In this document: in pieces, positions 1 to 10,341 of the stretch
Numbering within the stretch: the first letter of the stretch is position 1
Layout of the letters: each line of letters opens with the position of its first letter
Origin: a virus
Taxonomy: Duplodnaviria; Caudoviricetes
Direction: 5' to 3' (one strand)
Virus record (IMG/VR): IMGVR_UViG_3300023095_000122
Location: 1-55,377 of that record
DNA length: 55,377 nucleotides
Translations under genes and position numbers: made by a program
Notes under the pieces: model-generated
The model's database searches: none
What the model was told of the DNA's origin: nothing
The model's input: the letters and a program-made list of their open reading frames with translations, nothing else

Positions 1-795
1 CTAGTAATTAAACAGATCGTACTCAAGCCCTGCAACTGGCACCCATTTTTGTATCGAGGGAAAATACAGTTGGGATCCGGTTGCTGTGAGTCTTTTATAT
101 CTCAATCTAATTTGCGGACCCAATGCAATATCACCAGACACCGGCATGAATACCGCCTTAGCGGTTAGCTTTGCATTGAATGGTTTATCTTCCCGTAAAA
201 CAGAAAGTGTTTTAACACCGTTAATAGTACCTTTTTTATCATTACTTGATATGTCAAGATAGTTACGATCAGCCCCGAGAAACCATTTCTTTCTATTGAA
301 AGCTACAATATTTAATTTCTGATTGTATTTGTAATTAAATGTTCCTGGGGAATCCCCATCAGGCGTATAGCTTACGTATAAGTTAGCATCTTCAAATTCA
401 AACCTCTTCTTATTTAAGGAATCAATTGTAGCAACTGCCCGTAGATTTTTACCTGATATTGTCTGGTTAAGTTGGGTTAAGGAAGTGATCTCCTTTTTCT
501 GAATATCAGTCTGAGCAATTAACGAGTCAACGAAAGCTTTATCATGCCCGTCACCCGAAACCATTAGGTTTTTAGGCAGCAAATTATTGGTTTCTTCAAG
601 TATCGTATGCTCAAGACCATTTTTATCAATCTTCTTTTTAATAATTGCTGCTTCAGCCTGGACAAAGTCTTTAGCCTTTGAACTTTTCGAAATGATTGTA
701 TTCTTTGGTTTATTAAAAGCATACCATAAAGAGATGGCGCAAATTATTACCGCTATCGCAGTGATGCCGAGCAATACTTTAGTCGTTCTTGTCAT
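1..795 (-). CDS. Putative spanin-like lysis accessory protein
   Basis: N-terminal TM helix, coiled-coil middle, beta-strand-rich C-terminus; last gene of the lysis cassette. Confidence 0.5.
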   Translation of the reverse strand: MTRTTKVLLGITAIAVIICAISLWYAFNKPKNTIISKSSKAKDFVQAEAAIIKKKIDKNGLEHTILEETNNLLPKNLMVSGDGHDKAFVDSLIAQTDIQKKEITSLTQLNQTISGKNLRAVATIDSLNKKRFEFEDANLYVSYTPDGDSPGTFNYKYNQKLNIVAFNRKKWFLGADRNYLDISSNDKKGTINGVKTLSVLREDKPFNAKLTAKAVFMPVSGDIALGPQIRLRYKRLTATGSQLYFPSIQKWVPVAGLEYDLFNY

Positions 796-1078
796 CTTGT
801 TTGTTATTTAAGCTATCCGTGATAACTGTTAGTTTATCAATCATTCCGTTTTTTACGAGTATATTATTAATAAGGTTGTCATTCTTTGTCCTCTCCTGCT
901 TAAGCTCAGTCCGCAATTCTTTTTTCTCTCTCTCGCAGTCGGCATCATTTTTATTTGTTATATCCTTATTAGAATAAAGCGTGAACCACATTACACTCAC
1001 CACTGTCACCAATAGGTAGGTGTACGGATTTTTAACAATTTGAAGGAATGACATTTTAACCTGTGGTTCATTAGCCAT
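779..1078 (-). CDS. Putative holin or inner-membrane lysis protein
   Basis: Single TM (YLLVTVVSVMWFTLY) plus coiled coil, directly downstream of the endolysin. Confidence 0.5.
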   Translation of the reverse strand: MANEPQVKMSFLQIVKNPYTYLLVTVVSVMWFTLYSNKDITNKNDADCEREKKELRTELKQERTKNDNLINNILVKNGMIDKLTVITDSLNNKQDDKND

Positions 1079-1081
1079 TTA

Positions 1082-1759
1082 TTATATTTTATTAAGTTCA
1101 GCCAGAGTTTGCGGACCGGCAATTCCGTCAGCAATAAGTCCATGTTTCTTTTGGAAGGCTAAGACCGCAGCTTTGGTGTTCTTGCCGAAAACACCATCAT
1201 CCGGAAGACCTAATTTTGATTGAATATGTTTAACCTGATTAATGTATAGCTGCTCATCGGTAGCCTGCTGCTCATCGTACGGAGTGAAATATAACGCAGC
1301 CTCACGTTTTCTTCTGGATAGCAGGATTGGCTTACCTCCTGCATTCTTCCACGCTTCAAACGCTTGTTGAATTTTTGGATCTTCTTTATCATCATTGAGA
1401 ACCTTAAGAAGAGTTGATCCTTTGAATCCATTAGTACCAATATTGTACGTTAAGGACGTTAAGGCATCAAATTGGTTGTGATTGATATCATCTCGTGTAG
1501 GTGCCCAAACTGCCTGCTCGTAAGATTTAAGCATTAATCTGAACAACTGGATAGCCCTGTTTACGGTTAGTTCAGGATCCTTTAATGTTACACGCTTACC
1601 AGAATCTGGGTAATACGTCATTCCAACTCCAATGGTAGGTACCCCTACCTGATCTAAATATGGCCGTTTAACCAAACCCTCTTCCTGAATTAAAAATTGT
1701 ATCCCCTTATTTGATGTTTCCCTGATCTCTTTCATATCTCCCTCACTTATTGTTTTCAT
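1082..1759 (-). CDS. Endolysin: GH24 lysozyme plus C-terminal peptidoglycan-binding domain
   Basis: EEG..PYLDQVGVPTIGVG catalytic motif, NQFDALTSLTYNIG, RRKREA; C-terminal DGVFGKNT..FQKKHGLIADGIAGPQT. Confidence 0.92.
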   Translation of the reverse strand: MKTISEGDMKEIRETSNKGIQFLIQEEGLVKRPYLDQVGVPTIGVGMTYYPDSGKRVTLKDPELTVNRAIQLFRLMLKSYEQAVWAPTRDDINHNQFDALTSLTYNIGTNGFKGSTLLKVLNDDKEDPKIQQAFEAWKNAGGKPILLSRRKREAALYFTPYDEQQATDEQLYINQVKHIQSKLGLPDDGVFGKNTKAAVLAFQKKHGLIADGIAGPQTLAELNKI

Positions 1760-1760
1760 A

Positions 1761-1828
1761 CAAACTTACCGCCATGAATTACAGGATGATAAGTGAAGAT
1801 TTGACAATCATGTACATTGTCAAGTATT
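1761..1828 (-). promoter_or_regulatory. Late promoter copy 1 (lysis): palindrome plus -7 box
   Basis: TTGACAAT-N7-ATTGTCAA at 1801-1823; TAAGTTTG (minus) at 1761-1768; 32 nt gap. Confidence 0.75.
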
Positions 1829-2011
1829 GGATTAAGATAATTCTAAGGATTCATTCAGATTTGAAATATCATAGTTTTATACTATTTCTTGATAGCCTCT
1901 TTGCGATGATATTTATACCGAAAGAATGAGATTACTGGAAACAGTAAAATCTTCGCAAATTCTTAAACGATCTTTAAACCCACAAAATGTATACAGCAAT
2001 AGCTAACAGAG

Positions 2012-2046
2012 AAAAAGGCGAGTCTATATTACAGACCACGCCTTTT
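2012..2046 (-). terminator. Intrinsic terminator after the tail operon (probably bidirectional)
   Basis: AAAAGGCG..GTCT-GTAATAT-AGAC..CGCCTTTTT hairpin with T tract. Confidence 0.7.
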
Positions 2047-2149
2047 AATGATGATTTTCAAGCGGTAATAATCAATGACCAAATCAGCGTTACTTTCGAT
2101 TCGGAGTCAGATATGTTTCTCTTCATTAAATTAACGATATAGCTTACAC

Positions 2150-4819
2150 CTACCAAGAACTATTTGGACCCTGTCCGATATATCTGCCGTTAATATATTT
2201 ACGAGTCTGAGGTCCAGAGGAACTGATTAATTCATAACCGGTCATCCCTGGGTTTTCTTTAAAATAAATCTCTCCTTTCACCATAATTACATCCCCAGAT
2301 GACACCATCAAAGCAATGTTTTCATTTGCCCCTTCTGCGGCTAATTCTAAAGCAATATTAGTTGTATCATCAAGACCAGGCGTAACTCCTTTTTTGGGTC
2401 TCTTATTCTTCAGGTATCCAATTTGACTGATAGAACCTCCCGTACTCCCTGGTATCAAGTCCGTGCCAAATGCAAATTCGTTATACTTATCGCCGGTATA
2501 TCTTGATGACCCCCTAATGATGGCGAAGTTATTACCTTCTGGAAGCGCAGGAATGGTGGTACCATCACTTAAAATTGCTCCCCTGGATAGTTTCCATCCA
2601 GATGTCTGTCCATCGGCTGTATTCCCAGATTCTGTACCGATGGTAATGTCCCCGGATATATTGGCTTTACTCATATAAACGCTGCCATCATCAAGAACTC
2701 TGAATGGAAGGTTACTATCGCCTAATTGGCCACCTGCCCCAAACCTTATAGATTGTTCGCCTGCATCAGTGACTCCACTTATAAAGGCATTCCCTAACCC
2801 TGCTGAACCGACATTCAGTAATCCTTCAGTATAAGAACCATCAAGCATCTGTACTTTGCCTTTGAACGTACCCTCATCAAGGTTTATTTCAAGCTGATTG
2901 CCAACGATAATACCACCTTCGATGGTCCGCCCGTAAATACTTACTGATCCGTATACAGATTTTAAGTTACGGTAATTATCAATTACGCTATTTGCCAGGC
3001 CGATCCAGAAATGGTAAAAGTTCGGATCCTGATCAACGGTAATTTGAATATCAGAAACCAAGATGCTGCCATCTGCAGTCGTACGGTTACACTTCGCATA
3101 GATGTAATATACTTTAGCAGGATCTAAACCAGAAACAGTTGCTCCTGGAATATTCCAAGTGACAGGATCCGGAGCAATAGTTGTATGAACTAATTTTCCG
3201 GCAGACCAGTTGATCTTGTTTACATCAGTTTGGTAGTTACTTATAAAGTTCAGCCCAACCAGTACCAGCTGCTGACTTGCATCACCCGTTTGAATCATTA
3301 GAGCACGCAAGGTCACTGGCGATATCGCTTCGGTAAATATCTGCTCGGTGCCCGGGTCAAAGTATTTATTTAATAACTCAGTGGCAGTTTTCCAGTTCAT
3401 CTTTGAACGCTGGATATTTGTAATCTGGGCAATACTTAAGGCCTTTGTAACTTTATCAGCTTCATAGGTTACTCTTGCGAAGGAAGATCCTAATGCCAAA
3501 TCTGAAATTCTCAATACCGGATACAAGAATGGTTCATGAAGGTCACGCTCAAATGAGTTCACCCTAATATTCTTATCAATGCCTATATCAGTATCCTTTA
3601 CACCTACATAGTTCCCCAGATCAAGCGTGATGTTATTCCTCTTAAAGTAAAACTTATCAGGCGGCACATCGTATGACACCCTGGGAGGTGCAAATGCTGA
3701 AAAATATTCATTTCCCTTTGCCAACAATCTATTTTGTGCATTTGTGACATCAGAGGGTGGCATTATCAAATCATAAAAAAAGTACGTATCTCCTATTGCT
3801 GGCTTCAATAATTCAGAAGGCAATTGAAGTGTTTTTTCTACTTCATTTTTAATTATAGTAACCGTACGTGTAGCGTGATTGTACCCCCCTTTGGCAACCT
3901 CAAAATTATACCCAGCCAGGTTACCTGTCAAAAAAGATACTTTCGTTGATATTTCCAACTTTTGCGAGTTCAAATCAAAATCAATTGCCATGTCTGAAAA
4001 TACAAAAGGACTAGTCACGCTAGAAACCGTGCCAATACGCTCGGGCTTGATGTCAGGAAAATTGATAACCGCTTCGATCTCATCTGGGCCATACTTCGGG
4101 CCCTGAATATATAAAGTACCTTCTGGGAGCATCAGGTTGGTCTGTCCATTTCTATAATTAGCTGGTAGGTTCTGATCAGATCCGGTAACGTACAACCTAC
4201 TAAATGCAGCTCTCGAATCAACGTTTGTCCGGTTTAGCCCGCCTCTCAAGCCTTTATCATAACCGTATTCAAGCTTATGACCTGTTACTACACCGCGCTT
4301 GTTAAAGTGAATAGTTTTTCCAACTACCCACCATTCCGTTTCAAAGTCTTTAGCGGTATTATCGATAACATTTAAAATAGATTCGCCATCAAAAGAAATA
4401 AGCTTTGGAACTGAATCAATGCACTCGCCCCTTGTCCATCCGGATTGTGTACGGTTAGCATTGGCGACAATCAAATCCAGCATCATACTGGCATTGGCCA
4501 TGACCTCGGTTTTGATGACGGTCAACGCATTTGCGCTATCATAGAACATCATGATGGGTTTAGCCAATCGATAATATTCAGCTTGAAATGTCATTCTGTA
4601 ACTGAAGGACCTACTGTTGTTTTTAGTCGGCTCATCGATTTGGTTAAGGTAATAAGTCTGCCCATACACAAGCATCGTATCACCAATCTGGAATTGATAG
4701 GCAACAGGAGAACTAAAGGTAATAGGCACTATGTCCTTTACCATTATTTCTTTCTCCTGCTGACCTTGTGGCCAGACCGTAGCAATTATAGTATCGCCCC
4801 TTTTAATATTGTATAACAT
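2150..4819 (-). CDS. Tail tip/baseplate hub (Tal-like) protein
   Basis: 889 aa after the Dit-like and fibre genes; RLYVTGSDQNLPANY segment typical of Bacteroidota phage tail proteins; beta-rich C-terminus. Confidence 0.75.
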   Translation of the reverse strand: MLYNIKRGDTIIATVWPQGQQEKEIMVKDIVPITFSSPVAYQFQIGDTMLVYGQTYYLNQIDEPTKNNSRSFSYRMTFQAEYYRLAKPIMMFYDSANALTVIKTEVMANASMMLDLIVANANRTQSGWTRGECIDSVPKLISFDGESILNVIDNTAKDFETEWWVVGKTIHFNKRGVVTGHKLEYGYDKGLRGGLNRTNVDSRAAFSRLYVTGSDQNLPANYRNGQTNLMLPEGTLYIQGPKYGPDEIEAVINFPDIKPERIGTVSSVTSPFVFSDMAIDFDLNSQKLEISTKVSFLTGNLAGYNFEVAKGGYNHATRTVTIIKNEVEKTLQLPSELLKPAIGDTYFFYDLIMPPSDVTNAQNRLLAKGNEYFSAFAPPRVSYDVPPDKFYFKRNNITLDLGNYVGVKDTDIGIDKNIRVNSFERDLHEPFLYPVLRISDLALGSSFARVTYEADKVTKALSIAQITNIQRSKMNWKTATELLNKYFDPGTEQIFTEAISPVTLRALMIQTGDASQQLVLVGLNFISNYQTDVNKINWSAGKLVHTTIAPDPVTWNIPGATVSGLDPAKVYYIYAKCNRTTADGSILVSDIQITVDQDPNFYHFWIGLANSVIDNYRNLKSVYGSVSIYGRTIEGGIIVGNQLEINLDEGTFKGKVQMLDGSYTEGLLNVGSAGLGNAFISGVTDAGEQSIRFGAGGQLGDSNLPFRVLDDGSVYMSKANISGDITIGTESGNTADGQTSGWKLSRGAILSDGTTIPALPEGNNFAIIRGSSRYTGDKYNEFAFGTDLIPGSTGGSISQIGYLKNKRPKKGVTPGLDDTTNIALELAAEGANENIALMVSSGDVIMVKGEIYFKENPGMTGYELISSSGPQTRKYINGRYIGQGPNSSW

Positions 4820-4837
4820 ATTTTAGATCGTCTATAA

Positions 4838-7510
4838 TTAAAGTCCAAACCTGTGCATTATATTTAAGTCGTATTTAAACCGCCTAACCATTTCCGAATT
4901 ACCTGCTTGATTCGGGTGTGTTCCGTCATTGAATAATATGGCGTTTAATCGGGGTGCGGGGTGCGTGCTATCTATTGTAGGGAAATTTTGCAAAGCCGTA
5001 CACAAATCAAACTTTGCGCCTTGCTTACCAAACGTATCTATCCTCGAATTTACAGCGATATGTAAATCATTAGTTACGCAAGTAACATGATTAAGTATCA
5101 ATTCAACACCATTGGTTGCACAGAAATCTACGATTGATTGATACTGTGCAACAGTACCAATACCATTTATACCTATTTTAACAGAAAGTATTCTAGGTTT
5201 AATAAATGCGATCTCATTATTAAGCGCGGTAATACAGCCCGCTACAGTCTGCCCCGCCATAGATACATTACACGCATCATTGTTATAATAGTCCATTAAC
5301 TGAACAGCCCAATTTTTATAACACCTTCCATTATCCTCAGTAATACTATCACCAGTAAAAGCGATATACGGTCTGAAAGGCCCATAAATTGAACATTGAC
5401 CTACCGAAATAGATGTGCCTGACACCAACTCCATGCAATAGAACGGCCTATGATTTCCTGCGCCTAAATCATAGTTTAAACCATTTAGATAATCAAACCG
5501 AACTTCTACCATAGCTAAAGACCTCGGATCTATTAGCCTGACAATGGTTAATGTAGCTCTTCGTTCTAACTCAACCCAATATTCTAACCCGGGAGTTATT
5601 GCGAAAGTTATAGCGGTAGTGCCAATAATCGTAGTGGTAGCACGCCTGTTGAGATTGATTATAAGATTAGGGATATCTATTACACAGCTTGTGTCATATA
5701 CAAAATTGGCATTAACAGTACCTACCTTAAGTATACTATCTGCTTGTGGAAATATTGATTGCCTGAACAATCTCCGATCAGAGGTATACTGTCTATTTAA
5801 TATAAGTTTCGAGCCAGCTGTGGTACTTGTCGCAAGCCCGTTAGATAGTACCCAAGCATTAAGAGTCCACTCAGTTGTTGGTTGTGAAAAGTTATATTCA
5901 TAAAACTTAGTCGACCTGCCTAAATTTTTTGCAATTGATGTTAAAGTATCACTGGACTTTTTTGCAATATCTTTTACGCCTACCCAATCTTTACTAACCA
6001 TATTAACAAAGGCTCCTTTTAGCGTGCTAGTACTTGAAAATACATCACCTGCAGTATTATAGTAGCAGTTAAACTGAGTTTGCAAACTGGAATCACTAGT
6101 ATAGGCAATAGCCACACCTTTAAAAGCAAGATATTGCCCTTGATTTACAACTATAGGCCGCTCCAGAGTCTGAGTAACAATGTTTCCTGAATATGACCTA
6201 ATTGATGGACTTACGTCAACAAGAGAAACAACAGTAACCACACCAGCTACTATCTCACAAATTTTAACTTGTGTAATTTCATCAATAATTGGACTGGTGG
6301 ATTGAAAAATAAATTGATAAATACTTTTTGGTTTGTCGATCGGGACGCCATTCATAATAAATGAAGCATATCCTGAATAGACTGCATATGTACCACTCAG
6401 CCAATCAAATGGTATGATTGGCGTCAGGCTTTCCTTATAACCGGCATATAAGTCCTTTTGCATCAAAGTTAGATCGTCAATCTTACTGCTACTTACGTAT
6501 GTAGCTGTAAAAAATAGCTTAAAAGTTTGAGTAGTAGTTATGGATGGACTATCACCTATAGCTAGAATAGAATTACCTAATGCAAATGCCGTATATCCAG
6601 TTACAGGCTGCTCGTACAACGATATTGTTGGAGAAAAGCCGATATATACATCAGAAGTATACACTTTATTGATCGTATAAGTATTATCACCTACAACAGT
6701 AGAGATCGGTATCTTGTCCAATAATGTAAATGAGTTGCCTACTTTGGAAAATAATTGTATGAATCCATTGGATGCGGTGCCCGCTTTTAAATATATGTAC
6801 TTAGTTCTTTTATTGGCTGGTATAAATATATTTGCATCCACCCAATTTTGACCAGTAACAGCTGTAGTTGCTGTGCCGCTAGTTGTAATGGTCTGAACCA
6901 CATCAAGGCCATCCAGTACTGGTTTAAATAATTCTGAAGGAACATACTTAGACAGGTCGCTAACATTAGCCTTACTGAGTAAATCATCAACCCATACAGC
7001 AGATGTTCCTGGCACATCTGTAGATAATGCTGCTCCGCTTGAAATCCAGTATTTGCCTAAATAAGCTACGGCCATACCTAGACTATACGCTTGAGCAACC
7101 CATGATGGTATACGCGAAACTCCGGCTGTACCTGCTACGCCTCGAATATCAACAGCGTTGGCAATAACTGTAGAAAAGCCAGTTGCAGTAACATAGCTAT
7201 TGATATTTTCAGTTGGCTTTGTTCCGGAACCGCCAGTGTAATCTTTTAGTTGCTGTACGATTCTGGCTCCATCAGGTACATTAGCAAATACAGGTTGCCA
7301 TCCTTTATCTCCTTGAGGACCGGCTAAAGATAATGGTGTATAGTATGTTGTATTGGTAAGAGCAGTGCCTGCAGGAACGAATCCATTTTTAAATACAACC
7401 ATGTAAGAGCTACCTAAATTGGTAACCGTATCGAGATATTCGTAATTAGATACCGCAGCACTCCACACCCCTCTGTGGATAATCCCCACCTTCCCTAAAT
7501 TAGTATCCAT
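4838..7510 (-). CDS. Tail fibre/receptor-binding protein with C-terminal SGNH/GDSL esterase
   Basis: Fibre-like N-terminus with W..AYSLGMAVAYLGKYW segment; SGNH blocks FTGDSIT, GIN, DGTHPN. Confidence 0.75.
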   Translation of the reverse strand: MDTNLGKVGIIHRGVWSAAVSNYEYLDTVTNLGSSYMVVFKNGFVPAGTALTNTTYYTPLSLAGPQGDKGWQPVFANVPDGARIVQQLKDYTGGSGTKPTENINSYVTATGFSTVIANAVDIRGVAGTAGVSRIPSWVAQAYSLGMAVAYLGKYWISSGAALSTDVPGTSAVWVDDLLSKANVSDLSKYVPSELFKPVLDGLDVVQTITTSGTATTAVTGQNWVDANIFIPANKRTKYIYLKAGTASNGFIQLFSKVGNSFTLLDKIPISTVVGDNTYTINKVYTSDVYIGFSPTISLYEQPVTGYTAFALGNSILAIGDSPSITTTQTFKLFFTATYVSSSKIDDLTLMQKDLYAGYKESLTPIIPFDWLSGTYAVYSGYASFIMNGVPIDKPKSIYQFIFQSTSPIIDEITQVKICEIVAGVVTVVSLVDVSPSIRSYSGNIVTQTLERPIVVNQGQYLAFKGVAIAYTSDSSLQTQFNCYYNTAGDVFSSTSTLKGAFVNMVSKDWVGVKDIAKKSSDTLTSIAKNLGRSTKFYEYNFSQPTTEWTLNAWVLSNGLATSTTAGSKLILNRQYTSDRRLFRQSIFPQADSILKVGTVNANFVYDTSCVIDIPNLIINLNRRATTTIIGTTAITFAITPGLEYWVELERRATLTIVRLIDPRSLAMVEVRFDYLNGLNYDLGAGNHRPFYCMELVSGTSISVGQCSIYGPFRPYIAFTGDSITEDNGRCYKNWAVQLMDYYNNDACNVSMAGQTVAGCITALNNEIAFIKPRILSVKIGINGIGTVAQYQSIVDFCATNGVELILNHVTCVTNDLHIAVNSRIDTFGKQGAKFDLCTALQNFPTIDSTHPAPRLNAILFNDGTHPNQAGNSEMVRRFKYDLNIMHRFGL

Positions 7511-7518
7511 ATTATTAT

Positions 7519-8064
7519 TTATTGTGTTAAGATTAATTGCTTCCTACTGTTAAGCGAGAACTTAAATAATGACCCAGGGGCCGTTGTTGAAATCAAATCC
7601 ATATTTTCATCTACATTGAAGAAGAACTCTCCATCGGTTTTAAATGGCACTGGCTGCAAAATCTCATCAAACGTGAACTGTACATCAACTACTATTTTAC
7701 CATCAAGATTAGTCATTCGGTGCCATGTGATTCCGTCTGGTTGCAATCTTGCATTAGCTTTTATACCAACTTCTACAGCTTCCAGAGTCACGTACGGCTG
7801 ATACAGGCACCCGGTTAATACAATCTTTGTAGCTAAATAAGATGATAGATTTTCAAATGCCATCTTTCCTTTTAAAGTAAATACTCTCGGTTTTAAAGTA
7901 ACCGGCGATAACAGATCATACTCAAGTATTCCTTCGGCCCACTGATATTTTTCAGCCTCCATTGTACCAGCTGGTTTTTCAAAACCATCAGCCGTAGTCC
8001 TATCTTCGTGAGCAGTAAATCCCAAGAGCAGGAGAAGATTATAACCATTGATTTTATATTGCAT
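7519..8064 (-). CDS. Distal tail (Dit-like) protein
   Basis: Size, position after the tape measure, LKPRVFTL motif. Confidence 0.6.
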   Translation of the reverse strand: MQYKINGYNLLLLLGFTAHEDRTTADGFEKPAGTMEAEKYQWAEGILEYDLLSPVTLKPRVFTLKGKMAFENLSSYLATKIVLTGCLYQPYVTLEAVEVGIKANARLQPDGITWHRMTNLDGKIVVDVQFTFDEILQPVPFKTDGEFFFNVDENMDLISTTAPGSLFKFSLNSRKQLILTQ

Positions 8065-9389
8065 TAGTTAGCTCCTATCCCTGATAATTTTGATTTGAAA
8101 GAAGTAAGGTCTGTAACGGATGCCTGCCAGGTGGGCAAATAAGTATTCCCCACACCCTTAACAAGATCACCGCCATTAGAATTGACCATGTTTTCAATCA
8201 AATTTGATGGCCTGTACATGTCGAATCCCAGATTATTATAATAGTAAATCTTACCGCCTGTATTATATGCATCCAGCATTACACCTTCCCAGTCTTTAGA
8301 GATGGTGAGGTGCCCTGCTGTATTATTATATACATAGGCATCTGTGCTATTTCCTTTATGTCTGGCAATGAAATCAATCAAGTGTTGCGGCTGCTGTACC
8401 TCAAAGGCGCTATACTTCCAGCTATTGTAAACGATGTTATTGTAAATCCTGATTTGCTTTACATCTTTATCGAATGATATTCCCCACGCCCTGATTGCGT
8501 TTCCCTGATGGTTAGTTATTTTGTTATCATGAAATGAGCCATTGCCTGTGATCATGAAAATACCGTTGTGAATACCGTTAGGTGATTTGCTATCATAAGT
8601 GGTATTGATGTTATTCACCACATTTCCAGCAATCTCATATCCATCTAAAACGCCTGCATAAAGCACGCTGCCAATACTCGGGCAATCGGTAAATTTGTTA
8701 TTCAGGAATTTTAATCCAGACATATAAGTGCCTACCCCTGCATCACTATAACCACCACCCAGACTTACGCCCAACCCTACATTTATAAATGTGCAATTCT
8801 CAATGCGCCAGTCTTTCGAATTTGTTTTATCGGTACCGTCCCAAATACCCGTATACTCATAAGCGATTACGCTATTTTTGATATTCTTGAAGGTTAGATC
8901 ATGCAGATAAACACCTGAACAGAAGCCCCTAATATTAATCGCCCTATATGATTGATCAGTCATGGTAAGCCCGTATAACTCAAAATTAGTGGCATTGGCA
9001 ATATCAAAAGAACTGTAATCAGAACTGATAATTACGCCAGTAGCGTCAATAACAACATTGGTTGCACTTGTCAGTCCTATACTCCAATAACTGCCTGGTT
9101 TGATTTTAATATTCTTATTGCTGATCGAGCCTAAATCAAGCCTTCCTGAACCTGTTCCAACGGTTTCAAATTTCGAAACCACCACAGGTATAGTTGCCCG
9201 AGCATATACCTTTTTCACATCAATATCTTGAATGGCCGGCATGGCAGTTTTACCATTGCTGAATGTGTACTTGTAATCTGGGCCTATTGTCCAGGTAACT
9301 TTCTTTTTTGTGCCAGAATCAATGATGTATGTCTGTGCAGAAACCGCCAATGTGCAGCTGATAAGTAATAGTGTTAATAGTCTTTTCAT
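8064..9389 (-). CDS. Signal-peptide-bearing parallel beta-helix (pectin lyase-like) protein
   Basis: Sec signal MKRLLTLLLISCTLAVSA-Q; repeated Asn-ladder motifs (IENCTF, FLNNKF, IYNNIV, VYNNT). Confidence 0.75.
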   Translation of the reverse strand: MKRLLTLLLISCTLAVSAQTYIIDSGTKKKVTWTIGPDYKYTFSNGKTAMPAIQDIDVKKVYARATIPVVVSKFETVGTGSGRLDLGSISNKNIKIKPGSYWSIGLTSATNVVIDATGVIISSDYSSFDIANATNFELYGLTMTDQSYRAINIRGFCSGVYLHDLTFKNIKNSVIAYEYTGIWDGTDKTNSKDWRIENCTFINVGLGVSLGGGYSDAGVGTYMSGLKFLNNKFTDCPSIGSVLYAGVLDGYEIAGNVVNNINTTYDSKSPNGIHNGIFMITGNGSFHDNKITNHQGNAIRAWGISFDKDVKQIRIYNNIVYNSWKYSAFEVQQPQHLIDFIARHKGNSTDAYVYNNTAGHLTISKDWEGVMLDAYNTGGKIYYYNNLGFDMYRPSNLIENMVNSNGGDLVKGVGNTYLPTWQASVTDLTSFKSKLSGIGAN

Positions 9390-9405
9390 CGTATTTTTTG
9401 TTTAA

Positions 9406-10341
9406 TTATTTTCCGATACCTTGCATCGCATTAAGATTGTTATCCATTTTCTTATTCATTGATACCAGGGCGTTCTCTATGGTTTCCAGCCTATTTGTGT
9501 TGACCAGCATTCCTGCAGTATTACTTTCTGTTTTGATGGCCACGTCAAGATGTTGCCGTGAGAAGCTCAAAATCTCAATGGCAGTAAGGCCAATTGGCCG
9601 AAGTATAGTATTGGTTTCCAACTGTGCTAATCTGAATCCTGCAAAATGACCGGTTAGTACATCCGCTTGTGTTGCTGTGATTTTCTCGATGCTACCTTTC
9701 AGTGTATCAGATTCCGTATCTGCGGATAGATTCTTACCGGTAATAGCTTCAATGTTTTTAAGATAAGCGTCTGAATCCAGTCCTATCTGAATATATTTTT
9801 GCTTTAACTTTTCAATCTCAGCAGCCGAAGGAGTACCTTTTTCCATCATATCAGCCAGCTCATCATAGAATGGCTGCAAAGCATCTTCCAAGTACTTTGC
9901 CTGGAAAGAATTAAGCAGAGCATTCTTCATAATCTCCTCGAAAGAGTTTCCGAAATCTAACGCGGAACGTTTACCATTTTCGAATAATGATTTCAGACCA
10001 TCAGCCAGCTGAGAGGTAGATGTGCCAGTAAGAAGTTCGCCAAGTTGTTTCTTTAACTCTTCAGCAGATATTCCCGCAGCTTCTAATTCATCATGAAGAG
10101 CTTTAAGGTTATCAAAATTTGTCTTTTCGGTACCGATCAGCTTACCTTGTGCATCTTTCTGTGCAAGATCATCGTAATCAGATCCAGCCAATGAAGCCAT
10201 GATGTCCCAGGTCTTAGCCTTTTTCAGCCATGTACCATGCTTGTAACCTTCACCTTCCTTAGATGATCCGCCTTGAAGAGTATTGAAGATCTTATCATAT
10301 GCAGCATGTATCTCCGGAGATTGTTTTTTAAGCGCCTCCAA
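9406..10341 (-). CDS. Tape measure protein, C-terminal part (frameshifted)
   Basis: Overlaps the upstream TMP ORF in the -1 frame; TLKGSIEKITATQADVLTG segment typical of Bacteroidota phage TMP C-termini. Confidence 0.75.
   Translation of the reverse strand: MEALKKQSPEIHAAYDKIFNTLQGGSSKEGEGYKHGTWLKKAKTWDIMASLAGSDYDDLAQKDAQGKLIGTEKTNFDNLKALHDELEAAGISAEELKKQLGELLTGTSTSQLADGLKSLFENGKRSALDFGNSFEEIMKNALLNSFQAKYLEDALQPFYDELADMMEKGTPSAAEIEKLKQKYIQIGLDSDAYLKNIEAITGKNLSADTESDTLKGSIEKITATQADVLTGHFAGFRLAQLETNTILRPIGLTAIEILSFSRQHLDVAIKTESNTAGMLVNTNRLETIENALVSMNKKMDNNLNAMQGIGK

Noticed and set aside
1867-1878. ATATCATAGTTT shared with 53851 as an extra repressor site
   Set aside because: Short AT-rich match lacking the second half-site; plausible by chance.
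1830-2130. Tiny ORFs of about 22-26 aa on both strands between the tail and lysis genes
   Set aside because: Too short, and no convincing promoter or motif; a small TA unit around the terminator cannot be excluded but is unsupported.
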